A stretch of 64,000 nt of DNA from Candidatus Heimdallarchaeota archaeon. Its GTDB lineage: Archaea; Asgardarchaeota; Heimdallarchaeia; Heimdallarchaeales; Heimdallarchaeaceae. The translations under genes were made by a program, and so were the position numbers. Location: NCBI GenBank assembly GCA_016840095.1, contig JAEOSZ010000040.1, positions 42,194 through 106,193 of the forward strand. The letters are read 5' to 3'. Every line of letters starts with the position of its first letter. Position 1 is the stretch's first letter. Under the pieces are notes generated by a model, which made no database searches, was not told the DNA's origin, and saw nothing but the letters and a program-made list of their open reading frames with translations. Shown here one piece after another: positions 50,369 to 59,474 of the stretch.

Positions 50369-53300
50369 TTGAAAAGAATAAAATTTTATGTAAAATTGTG
50401 TGTACCATTTTTAGTTTTTTTGATCACAATACCAACATCTGTTAACGCACTTTATAATGATTTTAGACTAATGAATCTTAATGCACTTCCAGATTCAGAT
50501 GACTGGATACAAACAAATGGTCCATATGGAGGAATAATCCATACTATAGAAGTAGATCCGGTACAACCAAATGTTCTCTTTGCTGGTGGTGCAGGAGGTA
50601 TTTTCAAATCTATTGATTCAGGTGTTTCTTGGAGTAATCAACCAAGATTTCTTGAAGGGAATAAGAGAGTTGAAAAAATAATAATCTCTCCAGACAATTC
50701 CAACATCTTGTTTGCAATTGCTGAAAGTCCAATTGCTGGTATGAGTGGAGAGGTTTTTAGAAGTTTGGATGGAGGTCTTAATTGGACAAAGATTGATCAA
50801 AGCAAGTCCTTCAAATCTTTAGCTCTACATGATAACAATCCTACAGATATTATCAGCTGTACACAGGCAAGAGAGGTTTTGTTTTCTGATAGCAGAGGGA
50901 GTAGTTGGGGAGATATTACTGGAGATTTACCAATTTCAGAATTTGGGTTCACAGACGTAGCTATTAGTTACGAAAATACCTATTGGGTTGGAACTAAGAA
51001 TGAAACATATGGAAATGGTAATTTGTATTTAACAACAGATGGAGGGATTTCTTGGAATAGTATAGATATAGGTCAACCACCCGATACTTCTGTTAGGAGT
51101 ATTCTTGTTCATCCAGAAGACAATGAAACTATCTATGTCTCTCTTGAGAAAGCTTATGATAAGATTCAAAATCCAGCGGAATCATATCTGTTCAAAACTG
51201 AAAATGGAGGTCAAAGTTGGGCAAAATTATTCCCTCCTTACAATGGAAGAATTCTTGGAATTGATCCAGGTTCCAGTTATGATACAATCTATCTTGGCTA
51301 TGGAAATTTAGTATACAAAACAAAGAATGATGGAATAAATTGGACAAGGATAGATCCAATGTTAACACCTGGTATTAATACAGGTGACATTAGAGATATT
51401 GCAATAGATCCAACTGATGGAAACATAATTTATCTGCCTATTTCGAGTCATGGATATTTCAAAAGCACAAATGAAGGAAGCTCATGGACACGCATAACTC
51501 AAGGATTACTTAATACAGGAATTGTACTTATGGCTGTTCCCAATGTTGCAGGGAGTGATACTGTGTATGTAACAGGCTGGGATGGTGAAGGTACATTTAG
51601 AACTGATGATGGAGGAGAAACATGGATTCGTCTAGATGGAGGTGGGATTGATCACTCGTTCCCAGATGAAATAAAAGTTAACCCCCTAGATCCTTCAGTA
51701 GTTTGGGAGATAAGTGATTTGGGAGGGTTATTCTTATCAACAAATTATGGCACAAATTGGACGCAACAATTTAATGCTCATAAATATGATGGCTTTCGAT
51801 TCGGATCAGTTCAAGCTCTATCCCCTGCTCCATCAAATTCGAGTATTATCTATGCAGTTAAAAGTGGCTATGGAATTTTCAAAAGTACAGATGCTGGTAA
51901 AGACTGGGATTTCTTAAGACATTCAGAAGTAGACTATTCATACACTTTAGCTGTACATCCCACAGATCCTAACACGGTTTATAGTGGATATAATTCTAAA
52001 CCATTTCAAGATTGGGCAATGATTAGAAAAACAGTCAATGGAGGTGATTCTTGGACTACTGTGCTAAATGTTACATCATCTAAGGGTATCACTTCGATTG
52101 TAATTGATGATGATAATCCAGATATTATATATGCAGCAAGTATTAGTGAACTAGGTGGAGAAATTTACAAAAGCATTAATGCTGGTTCAAGTTGGATAAA
52201 ACTAAATGATAATTTCACTATGTTTACAGTTATGGGACAACCTCAGCTAGTTGTTGACCCCAGTAATCCTTTTATTGCATATACTGGGTCCTGGCTAGCA
52301 GGAACTTGGAAAACATATGATGGGGGAGAAAATTGGGAGTTACTTCATGATGCACCTATGTCTGCAACAGCTCTAAGCTTGGATTCTCAAGACAGTAGTA
52401 TTATTTATCTTGCAGACCGTTCTACTCCAACATTATGGAGATCTACAGATGGTGGAACTGTATGGAATGAAATAGCTGATTTCTCAAGTGAAGGGGCTTT
52501 CTTAGTGAATACAGTTATCGCTAATGATTCAACAATCTATTGTTCAACCTTTGGTCCTAGTGAACTAACGGGGAAACTATTCAAATCAACAAACAATGGA
52601 GTAAGTTGGACTGATATAACAGGTATATTACCTAGAAGTGTTTTAGATATTGCAGTTGATCCTAACAACCAAGATAATGTTTATGTTACAACTCATCTTT
52701 TCGGAGCATATAGATCGTTTAACGGGGGAACTGATTGGGAACTGATTCATGATTTTCCAGATATAGGCACATTTGATATTGAAATTGATCCGGTTGATCC
52801 ATCTATTTTGTACTCTTGTGGGTTAGGTAATTTGACAATACCTACTTGGGTAACACCAGGAGGACACGATATAACAGGAGATCCAGGGGTGTATAAATCT
52901 ACAAATTCTGGTCAAAATTGGACTCAAGTTTTATCAACAGAACATAAAGTGCGAGGAATTAGAATACATCCAGCTAATCATGATGTTCTCTATGCAGCTG
53001 TCCATGATGAAGGATTATATATGAGTAATAATGGAGGATCAAGTTGGAGTCCATATAACACGAATCTTGACAGTACAGTTCTAACTTCTCTAGCAGTTCA
53101 TGAAGAGATAATATATGTTGGAACCCAAGGATATGGTGTATATTCTGGAGATATCATCTTAGCAGATTATTCAGTTACATGGCAAGCAGTTAGAAGTAAC
53201 AAACCTATTCCACCAGTGTATAGTATAGATCTACTAATTGATCCTGAAGATTCCAATAGAATCTATGTAAGCTCAAATCCTGGAGGGCTATATCGCACTG

Positions 53301-54589
53301 ATGATGGAGGAGTTACCTTCTATGATAAGAATTTTCAAACACCAACTGTTATTGTGGATGATCCATACCGACAAGGGTACTATCCTTTTGCCATAAATCC
53401 TAACAATACAGAAGAAATATGGTTAGGGACATGGGGTAGAGGGATGTTTAAATCCTATGATGGAATGGATTTCAATACTCATTCTTTTGGAGCTGGATTT
53501 ACAATGCTAGACAAGCACATCTACAAAATTGTTATTGATCCATATGTGCCTAAAACGGTTTATGCAGCTACAGAGGAAGGTGTTTATAGATCATCAGATG
53601 ATGGAGCTACTTGGAGTAATTTTAGTGTTGGGTTGGATAATTTTCAAGTAAGAACTATAGCTATTACAGCAGATGGAACATTGATCTGTGGTACATTGGG
53701 GTATGAACTTTATTCATACAATACTTCTGCAAGTAAATGGGAACAGATGGAAAATTTCAATGGCTTTGGTTTGACTTGGCCAATTTGGAATGATAGACCA
53801 CTGTATCAGTATACTACTTTATTGTTTCATCCAACAGACCCAGATATAGTTTATCTAGGTGCTTTCCCGGTGGGTATGTTTAGAAGTACGGATGGTGGAG
53901 AAAGTTGGAAGGAAATAAATGTAGGGTGGACTAATGATGGTGTGTTTTCATTGGTTTTTCATCCTGATAATCCTGATATTATCTATGCAGGTACGTATAA
54001 TGGTGTTAGCCGTTCTACAGATGGTGGGGATCATTGGGAGATGTGGGACGAAGGTTGGCCAGATGAGCAATGGACTTTCGCAATAGACTTTGATCCACTT
54101 GATTCAAATATCATGTATGCTTGTTCAAAAAATGGTGAAAATGAAGGAACAGGACGTACAGGTTTCAAAGGAACTGTTATGAAAAGTATAAATGGAGGAG
54201 CTACTTGGTTCTCTATTACAAATGGATTGAATTTATCTCAAGAATTCTATCAAATTACTGTAGATAAAAATAGTCCTAATATTCTGTACTTATGCACACA
54301 AAACGAAGGAGTTTTCATAAGTTATGATACTGGAAATTCTTGGGAAATGTGGAATGACGGTTTATCAACTATATATGCTGGAACAAACGGAAATAATGTT
54401 GCTCAACCAATGATACAAACAGTAGATGGTAGATTCATATATTTTGGTACGGCTGATTCAGGAGTATTTCGTAGAAAAGCTGAAGGATACATAATAATAC
54501 CTGAAATTAGTTTACAAATACCTTTAGTAGTTTTACTCGTTTTACCAATCTCTTTAGTTGTGATAAGAATAAAAATGAGAACTAGATGA
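50369..54589 (+). CDS. Large secreted BNR/Asp-box repeat (VPS10/Ycf48-like beta-propeller) membrane-anchored protein
   Basis: Many (K/R)S-x-(D/N)GG-x-(S/T)W Asp-boxes with DP-x-N-x2-(I/V)Y strands; IPEI + TM + basic tail. Confidence 0.85.
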   Translation: MKRIKFYVKLCVPFLVFLITIPTSVNALYNDFRLMNLNALPDSDDWIQTNGPYGGIIHTIEVDPVQPNVLFAGGAGGIFKSIDSGVSWSNQPRFLEGNKRVEKIIISPDNSNILFAIAESPIAGMSGEVFRSLDGGLNWTKIDQSKSFKSLALHDNNPTDIISCTQAREVLFSDSRGSSWGDITGDLPISEFGFTDVAISYENTYWVGTKNETYGNGNLYLTTDGGISWNSIDIGQPPDTSVRSILVHPEDNETIYVSLEKAYDKIQNPAESYLFKTENGGQSWAKLFPPYNGRILGIDPGSSYDTIYLGYGNLVYKTKNDGINWTRIDPMLTPGINTGDIRDIAIDPTDGNIIYLPISSHGYFKSTNEGSSWTRITQGLLNTGIVLMAVPNVAGSDTVYVTGWDGEGTFRTDDGGETWIRLDGGGIDHSFPDEIKVNPLDPSVVWEISDLGGLFLSTNYGTNWTQQFNAHKYDGFRFGSVQALSPAPSNSSIIYAVKSGYGIFKSTDAGKDWDFLRHSEVDYSYTLAVHPTDPNTVYSGYNSKPFQDWAMIRKTVNGGDSWTTVLNVTSSKGITSIVIDDDNPDIIYAASISELGGEIYKSINAGSSWIKLNDNFTMFTVMGQPQLVVDPSNPFIAYTGSWLAGTWKTYDGGENWELLHDAPMSATALSLDSQDSSIIYLADRSTPTLWRSTDGGTVWNEIADFSSEGAFLVNTVIANDSTIYCSTFGPSELTGKLFKSTNNGVSWTDITGILPRSVLDIAVDPNNQDNVYVTTHLFGAYRSFNGGTDWELIHDFPDIGTFDIEIDPVDPSILYSCGLGNLTIPTWVTPGGHDITGDPGVYKSTNSGQNWTQVLSTEHKVRGIRIHPANHDVLYAAVHDEGLYMSNNGGSSWSPYNTNLDSTVLTSLAVHEEIIYVGTQGYGVYSGDIILADYSVTWQAVRSNKPIPPVYSIDLLIDPEDSNRIYVSSNPGGLYRTDDGGVTFYDKNFQTPTVIVDDPYRQGYYPFAINPNNTEEIWLGTWGRGMFKSYDGMDFNTHSFGAGFTMLDKHIYKIVIDPYVPKTVYAATEEGVYRSSDDGATWSNFSVGLDNFQVRTIAITADGTLICGTLGYELYSYNTSASKWEQMENFNGFGLTWPIWNDRPLYQYTTLLFHPTDPDIVYLGAFPVGMFRSTDGGESWKEINVGWTNDGVFSLVFHPDNPDIIYAGTYNGVSRSTDGGDHWEMWDEGWPDEQWTFAIDFDPLDSNIMYACSKNGENEGTGRTGFKGTVMKSINGGATWFSITNGLNLSQEFYQITVDKNSPNILYLCTQNEGVFISYDTGNSWEMWNDGLSTIYAGTNGNNVAQPMIQTVDGRFIYFGTADSGVFRRKAEGYIIIPEISLQIPLVVLLVLPISLVVIRIKMRTR

Positions 54590-54689
54590 GCATGTTTCAT
54601 CTTGTCTCTTTTATTACTTCAAAGAATTAGTGAGAAAAACATATAAGCAACATCTTGTGATTATCCTCTAACAATTTATAGTGATTGAA

Positions 54690-56501
54690 ATGAAATATAA
54701 AGCACAGAAAAGAACCATTTTGACATTTATTACTTTAGGCATAATTTTTAGTCTCGGACTTAACATCAATTCTGGTTTCAATATAAAAGCTATTTCTAAC
54801 CTTGAAAGTAGAAATGAGAACAAATTGAACTATACACCAAGTGGACCTATATTGATAACTCATGATGATAATTTTACAGATTTGGGTTTTTCAGGAACAG
54901 GTGTGAATGGTGATCCTTACAAAATCGAGGAACTGAGTATAGAAACTTCCAACTCTTATGGTATTCAAATAACAGGTGTTACAGCTTACTTTACAATTGA
55001 GGATTGTTATATTGATGCACTTCAATATAGTATCTATATTGTTGGACCTGTAGCTGGTCAGGTTCAAATTGAGAACAATACTTTGATCAATACAAATCAT
55101 GGACTCTACATAGAAAATCTAGATGATCTTGAAGTAAATAATAATACTTTCGAAAATTGTGGTCAATATTCAACCAGGATATATTTTAGCGATGATGCGA
55201 AAATAATAAACAATACATTTATTGGCAGTGAACAAGCCTATTTTGCAAATGCTCAATCTGCTACAATTGCTAACAATACTTTTATTGATACAGGATTAAA
55301 CATCTACACAAATACAGCATGGTATTTGAATCATATAGTCACTAATAATATAGTCAATGGAAAACCCCTCCTATTTCTTGCTAATCCTCAAAATATTGTG
55401 ATATCAGATAATATCTATGGACAAATAATAATTGGAGACGGTGATAATGTTACTATTAGAGATCAAGTTATTGGAAACACAGCAGTTTCAATTATTGCTG
55501 ATGTAGTAAATGACCTGAAATTGATTAACAATACCTGTCTCAATAATCGCTTTTATGGTATAGATATAAGCGGAATTAATGTATTAGTCGAAGATTGTGA
55601 TATAGGGTTTGTTAGCTCTTATGGAGCTATTGAAGCAAGTGTCTGTTTGAATATAGTAGTACAAAATTGTTATCTACACGACAGTAATTTTGGTTTAATA
55701 GCTGTAAATACAGCAAACATAACCACTTTCAATAACACTGTAGAAAATAATGTAAATTATGGTATAAGATATCAGAGCAATAATGAAGGATATGTGTTAA
55801 ACAATACAATAATCAATTCTGGAAATGGATTGAGATTTCATTCATTTGACCACTGTGAAATTGCTTACAATATCTTCGAAAATAGCCCATCAGGCGATTA
55901 TGGAATAAATTTTGATACAGGATGTAACAATAATACAATTCACAATAATTTCTTCTTGAACAATAATCCTGGAGGTATATCAGAAGTATTTGATGATGGT
56001 TTCAATAACACTTGGTATGATGTTAATACTTTAACTGGAAACTATTATTCAGATTATTCCGGTTCAGGAGATTATGTTATTGAAGGTAGTGCTGGATCAG
56101 TAGATCCATATGTAATAATTGATTCCATTGATCCCTCAATTGTTGTAAAATCAGCTGATTTAGAATATTATGAAGGTTCAACAGGCAATAGTATTTACTG
56201 GCAAGCATCAGATCAATATCCTAGATACTACCAATTGCTTATCGAAAATTCAGTTGTTAGAGCTGCAAGTTGGAGAAGCTATGATACAATTACCATTGAT
56301 GTAGATGGATTAGCAATAGGTGAGTACAATTACACAATTGTATTCTACGATATTGTTGGTAACTCTATTGCTAGTACAATAATAGTTACTGTAATTGCAG
56401 TGATCCCAGAATTTCAAAATCTGAGTATTTTACTTGTGTTACTGAGCATAATTTCATTTATCTCAATTAGTAGTGTTATCAAAAAGAGAAATAAAATGTA
56501 A
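54690..56501 (+). CDS. Secreted beta-helix (NosD-like) protein with Ig-like stalk and PEF-CTERM-like tail
   Basis: Signal peptide, GTGVNGDPYKIE cap, PbH1 repeats, GNYYSDY, GEYNYTI Ig-like domain, IPEF + TM + KKRNK; ATG 54690 (GTG 54681 possible). Confidence 0.85.
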   Translation: MKYKAQKRTILTFITLGIIFSLGLNINSGFNIKAISNLESRNENKLNYTPSGPILITHDDNFTDLGFSGTGVNGDPYKIEELSIETSNSYGIQITGVTAYFTIEDCYIDALQYSIYIVGPVAGQVQIENNTLINTNHGLYIENLDDLEVNNNTFENCGQYSTRIYFSDDAKIINNTFIGSEQAYFANAQSATIANNTFIDTGLNIYTNTAWYLNHIVTNNIVNGKPLLFLANPQNIVISDNIYGQIIIGDGDNVTIRDQVIGNTAVSIIADVVNDLKLINNTCLNNRFYGIDISGINVLVEDCDIGFVSSYGAIEASVCLNIVVQNCYLHDSNFGLIAVNTANITTFNNTVENNVNYGIRYQSNNEGYVLNNTIINSGNGLRFHSFDHCEIAYNIFENSPSGDYGINFDTGCNNNTIHNNFFLNNNPGGISEVFDDGFNNTWYDVNTLTGNYYSDYSGSGDYVIEGSAGSVDPYVIIDSIDPSIVVKSADLEYYEGSTGNSIYWQASDQYPRYYQLLIENSVVRAASWRSYDTITIDVDGLAIGEYNYTIVFYDIVGNSIASTIIVTVIAVIPEFQNLSILLVLLSIISFISISSVIKKRNKM

Positions 56502-56619
56502 AGATTATTTCTCTCATTTCTTCTTTTCTACTTTTTTTTTCTATTGAAAGACTAGTTTTATATTTAACCCAATTATGAGAACATTATCTAAAGAATTTGA
56601 ACCAGGTTGTTTAGTTTAG

Positions 56620-57951
56620 ATGGATTCAACAACAATTAACTCTATTGAACATCCAATTGCATTAACTCAAGATGAAAGAAGTAAAATTCGTTCATATAGA
56701 ATGGATAATGCTGCTGTTCTCTTTAGCTTTGTTTGTAGTGCTCGTATTCCATGTCTATTTCGATTGACAGCTACTTTAGTAGAACCGATTAATGTTAACC
56801 TTCTTCAAAAAGCTCTAAATAGAATAATTGAAAGATTCCCCTATTATAGAGTAAATCAGAGACCAGGTTTCTTTTGGTTTTATTGGGAGACTAACTTAGG
56901 TAATCCAAAAGTAATTGCTGATTCGAAATATCCTAACCAAGAATTACCTGTAAGAAAGAAAGGAATTTTTCCTTTTAGAGTAAGAGCTTTTCAAAACAGA
57001 GTAGCTGTTGAGTTCTATCATGCATTAACTGATGGAACAGGTGGATTAACTTTCCTCAAAGCATTAGTAGCAGAGTATTTAACACTTAAAGGGATACAAA
57101 CAGATGACTGGGGGGATATTTTTCGTTTTGGGCAACAACCTCATGATGAAGAGTATGAAGATGCTTACAAACGATTCTATATTCCAATGTATCCTAGTAT
57201 GAAACTTGCTGATGTAGCTTTCAAACTTCCATATAAACTTGAGAAAAAAGGAATATTCCATATAATTACAGGTATAATGGATGTAAAAGAAGTACTAGCT
57301 AAATCCAAAGAGTTGAATGTTACTCTATCTGAATTTCTAATTTCAATTTATCTTGATTCATTACAAGAGATATTTCATGAACTTCCAGAAAAACAGCAAA
57401 AGCAACAAGCTCATCCAATAAGATTACAAGTTCCAGTGAATCTAAGAAGGTTTTATCCCTCAAAGACCATGAGAAATTTTAGTTTATTTGTAACTCCAGG
57501 GATTGATCCTCGTCTTGGACATTTTTCCTTTGAAGAAATTTTAAAAACGGTTTATCACTACATGAGAGTAGAAGTTAATGATCGATATATAAGTCAGAAT
57601 ATCAAGAGAAATGTGAGAGGAGAACTACATCCTTTGATGAGAGTTACTCCGTTATTCATCAAAAGAATAGGTGGAAAAGCAGTTTACTTGCGTATGGGAG
57701 AAAGACTCTATTCAGGTTCCTTCACAAATCTAGGTAGAGTTGTAGTGCCTGAAGCATTTGGTAAGGAGATAGAAAGTATTCAATTTATTCCAACATCAAG
57801 TGCATCAAACAAATCGACTTGTGCTGTTGCGAGCTTTAAAGATAAATTATACATGAACTTCGGAAGAGTGATAAAAGAAACTATTCTTCAGAAAAAATTC
57901 TTTAGAAAACTTAAAAAACAAGGAATTTCGGTAAAAATTGAAACCAACTAG
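56620..57951 (+). CDS. Alcohol acetyltransferase-like (CoA-dependent acyltransferase fold) protein
   Basis: MDNAA, GFFWFY, YHALTDGTG (HxxxDG), VPVNLRRFYPSKTMRNFS, FTNLG. Confidence 0.8.
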   Translation: MDSTTINSIEHPIALTQDERSKIRSYRMDNAAVLFSFVCSARIPCLFRLTATLVEPINVNLLQKALNRIIERFPYYRVNQRPGFFWFYWETNLGNPKVIADSKYPNQELPVRKKGIFPFRVRAFQNRVAVEFYHALTDGTGGLTFLKALVAEYLTLKGIQTDDWGDIFRFGQQPHDEEYEDAYKRFYIPMYPSMKLADVAFKLPYKLEKKGIFHIITGIMDVKEVLAKSKELNVTLSEFLISIYLDSLQEIFHELPEKQQKQQAHPIRLQVPVNLRRFYPSKTMRNFSLFVTPGIDPRLGHFSFEEILKTVYHYMRVEVNDRYISQNIKRNVRGELHPLMRVTPLFIKRIGGKAVYLRMGERLYSGSFTNLGRVVVPEAFGKEIESIQFIPTSSASNKSTCAVASFKDKLYMNFGRVIKETILQKKFFRKLKKQGISVKIETN

Positions 57952-57962
57952 AAGTGAAAAAT

Positions 57963-58703
57963 ATGCCTTACTGTAGTCGATGTGGAGTGGAGGTAGATTT
58001 TGGAATAGAAGAATGTCCATTATGTTTTATGAAAATTCAAAAGGATCCTGATAAACCAGCTAAAGAACCTGTAAAGAAGAAGTATCCTGATGAGCCTGTT
58101 GAGCAACCTACAAGAAGAATTCTTACTCCAAAAGAGAAGAGAATCAGAGCTTGGGAGATAGTTAGCGTATCACTTATGATTCCACTCTTGATAGTCACAT
58201 TTACTGATCTGATTATAACAGAAACAATAAGCTGGGCACGATTTCCGATGACTACTCTAGTTCTAGTTTGGTTGTTGTGTACTTTTCCTCTCATATTTGC
58301 AAAAAGACCTGTGATTGTAACTATTGGAATAACAGTCTCCTTAATTGGGTTTCTTGCACTAGTAGATTATTTTGATAACTGGAATATAGATTGGTTTCAT
58401 GTTCTTGCATTACCAGTTATTGCACTAGTTCTATTCCTATCTTTAGGTGTAGTAATTGCATCGTTTAAGGTTAAACAAAAAGGGATGAATATTGCAGCAT
58501 TTATTCTCTTTGCAGTGGGTGCACTTAATCTTGTACTAGAAGTAGTTATATCAAATAAAATTCAACCCAAAGCAACAGTTTCTTGGTCTCTGTTTGTCTT
58601 GGTACCAACCTATATCGTTGGTGGATTCTTGATGTATATGCATTACAGATTCACTAAGGATACAGATTTTAAAACAAAGATAAAAGCAAAATTGCAAATG
58701 TAG
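57963..58703 (+). CDS. Zinc-ribbon + multi-TM membrane protein (DUF6320-like)
   Basis: MPYCSRCGVEV-x6-CPLC then about 6 TM helices; follows the acetyltransferase gene, as in bacterial pairs. Confidence 0.7.
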   Translation: MPYCSRCGVEVDFGIEECPLCFMKIQKDPDKPAKEPVKKKYPDEPVEQPTRRILTPKEKRIRAWEIVSVSLMIPLLIVTFTDLIITETISWARFPMTTLVLVWLLCTFPLIFAKRPVIVTIGITVSLIGFLALVDYFDNWNIDWFHVLALPVIALVLFLSLGVVIASFKVKQKGMNIAAFILFAVGALNLVLEVVISNKIQPKATVSWSLFVLVPTYIVGGFLMYMHYRFTKDTDFKTKIKAKLQM

Positions 58704-58731
58704 AATAAAAGTAGAACTAGAAAGAACAAGT

Positions 58732-58773
58732 TCATTTTCGTCTATTTCTTATTGTTCTCATCACTTGTAAGAA
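58732..58773 (-). pseudogene. Relic 3' end of a propeller-repeat surface protein gene
   Basis: FLQVMRTIRNRRK* vs FLTVIIVIRKKRSK* (59475-59519); both are adjoined by the same GAACTAGAAAGAAC(A/T)AGT motif. Confidence 0.65.
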
Positions 58774-58873
58774 TATCACTATATCAAACCTCAAAAGAAA
58801 AGATTCATCGATTCATCGCAGATTTTTCGTATTTGGTAAAAAGATTTTTAAAAATCCTTGAGAAATAATCTAG

Positions 58874-58904
58874 TTTGCAATGTATGTCTAATCATCATTG
58901 CAAA
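58874..58904. promoter_or_regulatory. Inverted repeat upstream of 58920 gene (candidate operator or hairpin)
   Basis: TTTGCAATG-N13-CATTGCAAA, downstream of a TTTTTAAA TATA-like box at 58845-58852. Confidence 0.45.
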
Positions 58905-58919
58905 TAGTATTAGTAAGGA

Positions 58920-59351
58920 ATGATAAAAATGAAATTATCAGAAATAGAACCAAAAATATTCTTCTGGATTACTGCAGTTGCTGCTAGTGGTTTTGGTTTG
59001 GCCTTTATCTTCGGTCCTGATTTTATGTATGAATTACTCGGTTATTCTTCAGATGCAGATGGGTATTTAATGGTACGATTCTTTGGAATTATGGTTTTAG
59101 GTGTAGGAATACTCACTTTTTGGGCAAGAAATTCAGAATTATCTCAAACAAGAGAAGCAATAATGCTTATGCTTACAATTGGTTATACTTTGATGACTAT
59201 AACTCATCTACTTGTAATGTTTATACGTGGCCCTCCTTTACTCACAAATGTATGGCTTTGGATAGTAGTTGTACTACATATAAGTCTAACACCAGTATAT
59301 GGCTTCTTTATAATCAGAGATTGGAAGAAAGTTAGAGCACTAAAAAAATAG
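58920..59351 (+). CDS. Small 4-TM membrane protein
   Basis: Four hydrophobic helices, FGLAFIFGP...VRFFG, basic C-terminus. Confidence 0.75.
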   Translation: MIKMKLSEIEPKIFFWITAVAASGFGLAFIFGPDFMYELLGYSSDADGYLMVRFFGIMVLGVGILTFWARNSELSQTREAIMLMLTIGYTLMTITHLLVMFIRGPPLLTNVWLWIVVVLHISLTPVYGFFIIRDWKKVRALKK

Positions 59352-59415
59352 GGTAGAAGGTTCACTTTTGTGCATTCTATCATTTTCTTTTTCTAAGAGT
59401 ATTTAACATAGTTCA

Positions 59416-59448
59416 AAACTGAAAATTGAAGAAGAACTACAGATGTAA
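59416..59448 (+). pseudogene. Relic 3' end of the DUF6320-like gene
   Basis: KLKIEEELQM* vs gene tail KTKIKAKLQM* (58671-58703), in matching position before the duplicated intergenic motif. Confidence 0.65.
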
Positions 59449-59474
59449 AAAAAGCAGAACTAGAAAGAACTAGT

